A stretch of DNA of 32,000 nt from Acaryochloris marina MBIC11017 (lineage in GTDB: Bacteria > Cyanobacteriota > Cyanobacteriia > Thermosynechococcales > Thermosynechococcaceae). How positions within the stretch are numbered: the first letter of the stretch is position 1; the number at the start of each line of letters is the position of its first letter. The stretch lies in contig NC_009925.1 in assembly GCF_000018105.1 (NCBI RefSeq), positions 4,080,001 through 4,112,000 of the forward strand. The letters are read 5' to 3'. Made by a program: the position numbers and the translations under genes. The notes beneath the pieces were generated by a model. That model was not told the origin of the DNA, searched no databases, and worked only from the letters and a program-made list of their open reading frames with translations. This document shows, in pieces, positions 26,110 to 32,000 of this stretch.

Positions 26110-27765
26110 GTGCTGTATCTCGCTGAAGTGCACAAGAAAACTGGCTTTATGGGTGCCAAAACAGAGCTAAAGCTTTTAGCCCAAAAGCAATCTGAGCATA
26201 ACTGGAGCCCTATCTCTGGCGAAGAAATGCTCCAAGCTGATGCTGCGAACGACTATAACGCAGGCGTCCTCGTCTTGGTTGAGATGGATGGCAATCAGCA
26301 GCTTAAAAGTATTCAAGATGCAACAAGGCAGCTAGTCGGTATCTTAAAAAGCTTCTCTCGCATGCGTGAGAAATTTAAAACTCAGGAAGAAGAGATTGAA
26401 GGGTGGAAGCAATCTTTAATTTACCAAAGTCAAGAACTCACTCGGCGTGAAGTGGATATGGAAGCCCGAGCTGAGGAAATACAGGAGTGGGATGCTGAAT
26501 CTCAAAAAATTGAGCAGCAACGCCAAGAATTTGAAGCTACGCGTACTCAGATCCTGCAGCTAAAAGAGCAGATGGAGCTAGATCGCCAGCAGTTAGAGGA
26601 AGGCTGGGGACGTTTGCAAAATGCTCAAAATGAGGCACAGGCAGGTCTGTCTGATGAACAAGTTCGGCAGATAGAGCAATTGTTGGAACAATTGGATCAA
26701 TCCCTGGTTAATGGGACATCCAATCCAGATCATGCATTAGCGAGTTTCAATCAACATCCTCAGATACAGGAAGCTTGGCAAAATCTTGACCAGGATCGCT
26801 CTCACGCTCAACAACAACAAGCAACGCTGGATCAACAACAGTCTGAGCTACAAGCTGCTTGGCGGGAATGGCAACAAACCGAAGATTCTTTGGCACAAAC
26901 CAAGCTAGAACTTAAGGTGCAAGAGCAGTCATTCACCTTGAAAGAAGAACAGAAAAGGTGGTTAAGCGAACAGCTACAAGCCCAAGGCAGTCTCTATGAG
27001 ACTCTCACTCAAATGCAGGGTGCTGCTGGTGAGCAAGCCGATGTGCACAAGCTTCGGGATATGCCTTTAGAGGAGCTGGAGGCTACGGTAGAGAAGCTCA
27101 ACACAGAATTGGTTAAACTGTCTAGTTTTGTGAATGATCAAGAGGAAGAACTGAAATATCAACAAGAAGCGATTGATGAGTTAGAAGCAAAAATTCAAAA
27201 TGCCAGCGAGTATGATCAATTGAGCTTGACCGGTGAATTGGAAGATGAGCGTCAGCATTTTCGTTTACTGGATGAAACGTTAGAAGGTCAGCGCAAAACG
27301 TTACAAGAGCGTGAAGCCATTCTTTATTTCCATCAAGATATTTTGTATCAGCGAAAGCGATCGCAACAGAATAAATTTCATCAATCCGCCACGTTAGACT
27401 TGGCCCCGCTTGTAGACTTAGCCAAAGCTGAGCAAGAAAAGCAGCAGCAAGCCCTAGAAAAGTTAAACCAAGAGCTGGGTGACCTTGAGGCTTCTCTACA
27501 AGTCACTCGTAACACGATAGAGGCGACGTCTGCAGAACAAGATAATAAGCGCAATGCATTAAAACAACAAGAACAAGAGCTAGAGAACCAAAAAACGGTC
27601 TTGGCTGAGTTGTGGGGGAAGGTCAAAACCTCTGAGAGCTTATTACAACCGATTCAAGACGTTGTCGAGAGCCTCAAAGGCCAAGAAGGTCAGCAAGACA
27701 ACCCAGCTTTCTCTACCTTGAATGAACTGAAGCAAGTCTTTATGGCTATTGGTCAAGGGAGCTAG
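26110..27765 (+). CDS. Long coiled-coil protein, HmpF-like (type IV pilus / motility polarity factor)
   Basis: The ORF track starts at a TTG at 26095. The GTG at 26110 is preceded by GAGGG about 8 nt upstream and gives (M)LYLAEVHKKTGF.... The remainder is about 500 aa of Q/E/L-rich heptad-like sequence. It is transcribed divergently from the chemosensory operon, the arrangement known for hmpF in Nostoc. The assignment rests on context and composition only. Confidence 0.6.
   Translation: MLYLAEVHKKTGFMGAKTELKLLAQKQSEHNWSPISGEEMLQADAANDYNAGVLVLVEMDGNQQLKSIQDATRQLVGILKSFSRMREKFKTQEEEIEGWKQSLIYQSQELTRREVDMEARAEEIQEWDAESQKIEQQRQEFEATRTQILQLKEQMELDRQQLEEGWGRLQNAQNEAQAGLSDEQVRQIEQLLEQLDQSLVNGTSNPDHALASFNQHPQIQEAWQNLDQDRSHAQQQQATLDQQQSELQAAWREWQQTEDSLAQTKLELKVQEQSFTLKEEQKRWLSEQLQAQGSLYETLTQMQGAAGEQADVHKLRDMPLEELEATVEKLNTELVKLSSFVNDQEEELKYQQEAIDELEAKIQNASEYDQLSLTGELEDERQHFRLLDETLEGQRKTLQEREAILYFHQDILYQRKRSQQNKFHQSATLDLAPLVDLAKAEQEKQQQALEKLNQELGDLEASLQVTRNTIEATSAEQDNKRNALKQQEQELENQKTVLAELWGKVKTSESLLQPIQDVVESLKGQEGQQDNPAFSTLNELKQVFMAIGQGS
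27357..27364. repeat. HIP1 octamer GCGATCGC
   Basis: Exact palindrome read at these coordinates, inside the HmpF-like CDS. Confidence 0.9.
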
Positions 27766-27837
27766 AGCAGCTGAAAAGGCTTTGGTCCGATTATTCATCG
27801 GTTACCGAAATGTTGTTGGGTTCAAGTTCCCAAATGT

Positions 27838-28536
27838 TTAAGGTATCTGCCGCAGCTCATCTAGTTTCGCCCGGACGGCTTGAATATCTTGCCACATTAA
27901 CCACTTGGGTTTGCCAGGCTCAGGAGAGGGATTTCTAAGGAGGTAGGCAGGATGCAAGATGGGCATGCACAGATAGTTTTGCCATGCTAACCATTGTCCA
28001 CGGATTTTGGTAATGCCTCGTTTATCTCCTGTCAGTCCCCGTACTGCTGTTGCTCCTGTCAGTAAGATAATCTTGGGGTTCACAAGGCGGATCTGTTCTA
28101 GCAGATATGGCTTACAAGCTGCTGACTCGTCTGGCGTCGGGGTTCGATTGCCTGGTGGTCGGCATTTAACAATATTGCAAATATAAACATCGTTTTGGGA
28201 ATCGAGTTTGACAGAGGCCAAGATTTTGTCTAGTAACTGTCCGGCTCGGCCCACGAATGGTAACCCAGTTTCATCTTCATGTTGACCGGGGCCTTCACCA
28301 ATGATCAGAATGGGGGCTTCCGGGTTTCCCCGGCTTACGACCACATGGGTGCGACTGGGGGCTAAATCACATCGCTGGCATTGTTGGCAATGAGTCGTTA
28401 ACTCTTGTAGATTTTGGTAAAACCCTTTAGGGATAGGAACCTGTGGACTCGCAGAGATCTCTTCATGGGTCACCGCTTCTGACACGGTTTCGGTTCCTTG
28501 CCAATCAAATAAACTGATTTGTTCTCCGTCAGGCAT
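27838..28536 (-). CDS. Family 4 uracil-DNA glycosylase (4Fe-4S type)
   Basis: 232-aa ORF with an ATG start. Seen motifs are CQQCQRCDL, motif A GEGPGQHEDETGLPFVGRAGQLL, the Cys pair NIVKCRPP...C and motif B HPAYLLRNP. Confidence 0.9.
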   Translation of the reverse strand: MPDGEQISLFDWQGTETVSEAVTHEEISASPQVPIPKGFYQNLQELTTHCQQCQRCDLAPSRTHVVVSRGNPEAPILIIGEGPGQHEDETGLPFVGRAGQLLDKILASVKLDSQNDVYICNIVKCRPPGNRTPTPDESAACKPYLLEQIRLVNPKIILLTGATAVRGLTGDKRGITKIRGQWLAWQNYLCMPILHPAYLLRNPSPEPGKPKWLMWQDIQAVRAKLDELRQIP

Positions 28537-28625
28537 GAGACTTCTCTGGATTAGGGGCGATATCTCTGCAAAAAAAGAAGCTCTGGAACTGTGATGAGCA
28601 AATGCTGGGGGAGGGATAACAGATA

Positions 28626-29171
28626 TTATTTCAAATCCAACAAACCCGTCTCTTTCAACTTAGGGTTAAAACGCAGAGGCTCTTGTAAGCCACGCTGGTT
28701 GAGGATCTCCATGATTTCGGCTTCTAGACGACGAGCCGCATTTTTAAGAACTTTGAGCTGGCTTCGCTCGTCTAAAGCGGGGTCTTGATGTTGGGCCTGT
28801 TCTTCATCGGTCATTGCGGCTTTGACGTCAATGGCCTGTTCCCACTTGCTCTGATCGCTGTTGTTACCAGGGACTGGCGCATCATTGCCTTGAATCCAGG
28901 TACTCCGTATTTCTTCCAGTAGGGTACGGTTGGGACGATCAATGGTTTGGACTTTCAGCCAATAGCATAAACGAGGTTGACGAATTAAGTGCTGTTTGAG
29001 GCTGAGAAAGGTATCTCTTGAGTACCCCACATATTGGAGGCTTTGATCTTCCCCAAAGATGGCATAGACACCAATTTTGCCAGCAAATTGTTGGGGGAGC
29101 ATCCCGCCAGCATCCAGATAGGGGATCGCTTCCAAGTCGGCGAGGGGGGTAACGAGATTCTCTACAGACAT
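28626..29171 (-). CDS. GIY-YIG-like domain protein (hypothetical)
   Basis: The track start at 29177 is a TTG, and the ATG at 29171 gives MSVENLVTPL.... GVYAIFGEDQSLQYVGYSRD reproduces the G-[IV]-Y ... Y-[IV]-G spacing of GIY-YIG modules. The C-terminal half is acidic and helical. I have not verified the downstream catalytic Arg/Glu. Confidence 0.45.
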   Translation of the reverse strand: MSVENLVTPLADLEAIPYLDAGGMLPQQFAGKIGVYAIFGEDQSLQYVGYSRDTFLSLKQHLIRQPRLCYWLKVQTIDRPNRTLLEEIRSTWIQGNDAPVPGNNSDQSKWEQAIDVKAAMTDEEQAQHQDPALDERSQLKVLKNAARRLEAEIMEILNQRGLQEPLRFNPKLKETGLLDLK

Positions 29172-29254
29172 AATCAAGTTTCGATACGACCCGCTCCATT
29201 ATTAGGGGAATATCTTGTCAGACTCAGGGCAGTTCCCCAGTTCTGGAGTTATTC

Positions 29255-30733
29255 CTAGTATGCAGTACTATCTGTCCCTAGGGGCAAAAAGATTGTCAAG
29301 ACTTCACCTTGCTGTTGATTTTGGCGGACAGTGAGTTTCCCGCCTAAGATTTCGAACAGTTGCTTGGTCACCGGTAAACTCAAGCTCAAATTGCCGGTTT
29401 CAGGTTGCAGCATGAGTAAATCACCAATTGCTTTGAGCATGGGCAAGTCAGCAGCTGAATCTGGATTCGTCATAGTTTGATCAGAACGCAGCTCTAATTT
29501 GAGCTGATCGCCTGCTAGGGCAATTTGTAACTGCATTTGGCTACCGATGGGCAAGCGATGGCTGAGTTGCTCGATTAAGCCCGTGAGTACCTGTTCCAAC
29601 ATATTGGGATCACTAATTGCGATCGCAGGCAGTTGCTCCGGCATATCTAACTCAAAAGAGAGACTGCGCCGATCGGCCTGCTTTTGCCAGCGAGGGACAT
29701 TCGTGGTTAAAACCTCCTGAACGGAAATAGACATGAGCTGAACGGTAGGCGTTGTTTCGGCAGTGGTCAGCTCCATTGCCCTAAAAATTAAGCTAAAGCG
29801 ATCAATTTGCTCATGGCATTCTCGTCGTATTGCTTCTAGTCGTTTTAAGACTTCTGCAGGTAAATCGGAGCGTTTTAGCAAGAGTTGAGTAAAGGTTTGA
29901 ATGGTGGTCAGAGGCGTTCGCACCTCATGAGCCAAGGCTTTTAATAGATCAACTTCTGGACCTCTCTGATGAGCGTTGGTCTTTGCAACTGCTTCCCCCT
30001 GCTCTAACCCATTGGCTTTCATCGCTGTGGGTTTAGCCGCACGGTGGAGCGAAAGTTCCGGCAAGATAGCTGCAACTTGACGGTAGTGATGCAATAGTTG
30101 ACGACTAAATTGCAGCGGAATTTGATAGTGGGGCTCTACCGTTGGCCACTGTTGTAATAGGGCATCAAACGCTGCCAATTCATGCGGTCGAGTGAGTTGA
30201 ATACGCGACCGTACACTCTGGAGCACCTGATGTACCGTTTCAGGAATAAAAGAGAACTGAAAACATGCCCCTTGTTCGGCAGAGGACTTTAAAGTAGCTA
30301 TCCAACAAAAAGAAGCCGTCAGTACTAGGCAAAATCGTTCTGCTAATTGTGGATCAGCGGGGAGTAATGGAATCGTCTGGGCAGACTGAGTAGGTGATTC
30401 AGCCTTCGTCCGAGCACAGGGAGGCAACTGTAATGCAGTTCCATTGGTGGGGATTAAGGCCCAGGTATGGAAATGGGCAAATAAGCCTAAATCGCTCAGC
30501 AGAGGCGTCGGCCCCGTCAAGATCAAACCTTGAAGCCGGTCAGGATTGGACGGGTTCCCCCCTGTTTGGCTAATATTTTTTTCCTGGGTCGTCAGCAACA
30601 TGGCTAGGAGCGTACCAATCGCAGCATGCCATTCCGTTTCAGCTTGAGTGGATTGAGGTTCAGCCCACCAATCTAAGTCTGGCTCGCTCTCCCGAAACCC
30701 TTCGCTAATTGTCGGCAATACCCATGCATTCAC
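29255..30733 (-). CDS. Histidine-kinase-like protein with intact H-box but degenerate ATP-binding domain
   Basis: 492-aa ORF with a GTG start and GGAGAGG about 11 nt upstream. The HisKA H-box is LAHEVRTPLTTIQ (His269). In the HATPase-like region the N-box is QVLTGLIEQLSH (no Asn), G1 is LRSDQTM (no Gly) and G2 is GNLSLSL (Gly replaced by Ser). The N-terminal ~250 aa has no TM helices. Confidence 0.75.
   Translation of the reverse strand: MNAWVLPTISEGFRESEPDLDWWAEPQSTQAETEWHAAIGTLLAMLLTTQEKNISQTGGNPSNPDRLQGLILTGPTPLLSDLGLFAHFHTWALIPTNGTALQLPPCARTKAESPTQSAQTIPLLPADPQLAERFCLVLTASFCWIATLKSSAEQGACFQFSFIPETVHQVLQSVRSRIQLTRPHELAAFDALLQQWPTVEPHYQIPLQFSRQLLHHYRQVAAILPELSLHRAAKPTAMKANGLEQGEAVAKTNAHQRGPEVDLLKALAHEVRTPLTTIQTFTQLLLKRSDLPAEVLKRLEAIRRECHEQIDRFSLIFRAMELTTAETTPTVQLMSISVQEVLTTNVPRWQKQADRRSLSFELDMPEQLPAIAISDPNMLEQVLTGLIEQLSHRLPIGSQMQLQIALAGDQLKLELRSDQTMTNPDSAADLPMLKAIGDLLMLQPETGNLSLSLPVTKQLFEILGGKLTVRQNQQQGEVLTIFLPLGTDSTAY
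29619..29626. repeat. HIP1 octamer GCGATCGC
   Basis: Exact palindrome read at these coordinates, inside the degenerate histidine-kinase CDS. Confidence 0.9.
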
Positions 30734-30980
30734 GGTTGCAACTGCCTCTCCTGTTGGTGCAATGGCTGAAATACGACTTCTTTGAAGATAGCGATTTTAC
30801 CCCCATTCCCCCAGCAGTAGAACCGAACGTTATTGGCGAAATGTCCCTGCTTATTTGTTTCGCATCTTACTGGAATTATGGCCTGCGTTCTCCCTGACAA
30901 CCTGAGACCATCAATAGCGTTAAGATAGTTAAACCTAATCCCCTATGATTGGATTAGAGCCGCGATATTAAGGTGCATCC

Positions 30981-32000
30981 ATGCCTCCCTTTGCTGGAAT
31001 TTTCATCATGATCGGTATTCTAGGACTGCTGATTGCTGTCCATGAATTAGGTCACTTTCTTGCTGCGAGACTGCAAGGAATCCATGTAAATCGCTTTTCC
31101 ATTGGTTTTGGTCCGGTCTTATGGAAATACCAGGGTGAGCAAACTGAGTATGCTTTGCGGAGTATTCCCTTGGGGGGGTACGTCGGATTCCCAGATGAAG
31201 ATCCCGAGAGTTCGATTCCCTTGACCGACCCAGACTTGATGCGCAATCGACCCGTGTTAGACCGGGCCATTGTCATCAGTGCCGGGGTGATTGCCAACAT
31301 GATTTTGGCCTATGTGCTCCTGGTTGCAGAAGTTGGCATTGTTGGGGTTCCCGGTGGTGTCCAGTACCAGCCAGGGGTGTTAATTGCTCAAGTGGCAACG
31401 GATGTGAGTTCTGTGGCTGCTAATGCAGGTATCCAATCGAGAGACATTGTCCTCGCCGTTGATGGACAGCCCCTAGGCCAAGCAGAAGCGGCTCGGGATT
31501 CCCTGATGAAATCCATCCAAGACAACGATGGTCAGCCCATTCAGTTGCATATTAAACGGCAAGACCAAGAGCTAGACATCAGCATTATTCCTGAAAGAAC
31601 GGATGAGGGCTTAGCTCGTATTGGGGTTCAGCTCGCTCCCAATGGTCGTTTAGTGCGTCGTCCGATTCAACATGTCGGCGAGTTGTTTGGTACTGCGGCC
31701 CAAGAATTTCAGAAAATTGTGGGCTTTATGGCTCATACCCTTAGTGAATTGGTGGGTAATTTTAGAGAATCCGCCAGCCAAGTTGCAGGTCCTGTGGGTA
31801 TTGTTGCCATTGGTGCTGATATGGCGCGAACGGATATGAGCAGCCTGTTCCAGTTTGCCGCAGTCATTAGCGTCAACTTGGCTTTTATCAATATCCTGCC
31901 GCTACCGGCGTTAGATGGTGGCCAATTAGCGTTCTTACTCCTGGAAGGACTCCGAGGGAAGCCATTGCCTAACAAGATTCAAGAAGGTGTCATGCAGGTT
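30981..32000 (+). CDS. rseP: RIP (site-2) zinc metalloprotease RseP-family, N-terminal 340 aa (runs off the right edge)
   Basis: Absent from the ORF track because no stop lies in the window. From the ATG at 30981 it reads MPPFAGIFIMIGILGLLIAVHELGHFLAARLQGIHVNRFSIGFGP... (HExxH). A PDZ-like segment (AGIQSRDIVLAVDGQPL) and the NxxPxPxLDGG motif (NILPLPALDGGQL) follow. The frame stays open through 32000. Confidence 0.9.
   Translation, partial: MPPFAGIFIMIGILGLLIAVHELGHFLAARLQGIHVNRFSIGFGPVLWKYQGEQTEYALRSIPLGGYVGFPDEDPESSIPLTDPDLMRNRPVLDRAIVISAGVIANMILAYVLLVAEVGIVGVPGGVQYQPGVLIAQVATDVSSVAANAGIQSRDIVLAVDGQPLGQAEAARDSLMKSIQDNDGQPIQLHIKRQDQELDISIIPERTDEGLARIGVQLAPNGRLVRRPIQHVGELFGTAAQEFQKIVGFMAHTLSELVGNFRESASQVAGPVGIVAIGADMARTDMSSLFQFAAVISVNLAFINILPLPALDGGQLAFLLLEGLRGKPLPNKIQEGVMQV

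Noticed and set aside
31052-31975. Two minus-strand ORFs (31052-31300, 31733-31975)
   Set aside because: They are antisense to the unambiguous RseP-family reading frame (HELGH, PDZ, LDGG motifs), which the ORF track missed only because it lacks a stop in the window.
1-32000. Search for CRISPR arrays, transposases/IS ends, integrases, prophage genes, restriction-modification, toxin-antitoxin or known defence-system genes
   Set aside because: I found no spaced direct-repeat arrays and no DDE, tyrosine or serine recombinase motifs in any track ORF. Neither tRNA is flanked by a partial duplicate or an integrase. The window looks like conserved core chromosome, so I make no mobile-element or defence-island claim.

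Overview
This window reads as ordinary cyanobacterial core chromosome, not an accessory island. The cyanobacterial assignment rests on the ado/aar alkane gene pair, rpaA, ferredoxin-thioredoxin reductase and seven HIP1 octamers (GCGATCGC). GC content is mid-40s to high-40s by eye. The ADO protein resembles what I recall from Acaryochloris, but that is unverified. I support 28 protein-coding genes (two of them cut by the window edges), 2 tRNAs (Ser-UGA, Gln-UUG) and 2 strong intrinsic terminators. I see no transposase, integrase, CRISPR array, restriction or toxin-antitoxin genes, and no recognisable defence genes. The most system-like content is: (i) the two-gene alkane pathway, ado at 6427-7122 and aar at 7395-8420; (ii) a minus-strand type IV pilus/Hmp-like chemosensory operon (CheY, CheW, MCP, hybrid CheA; 18706-25552) facing a divergent 550-aa coiled-coil HmpF-like gene, with no room for the PatA-type regulator gene usually found at that position. 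Less-explained items are a histidine kinase that keeps its H-box but has lost the ATP-binding N/G1/G2 motifs, and a Hanks kinase with an unassigned C-terminal domain of about 190 aa. Others are a zinc-ribbon protein with an extreme Met-rich tract, and two AT-rich ORF-free intergenic regions of about 0.9 kb (one directly upstream of rpaA). There are also several overlapping gene junctions. Nothing here gives me strong evidence of a truly novel multi-gene system, and the interest scores reflect that. All homology calls come from motif recognition by eye, not from database searches.
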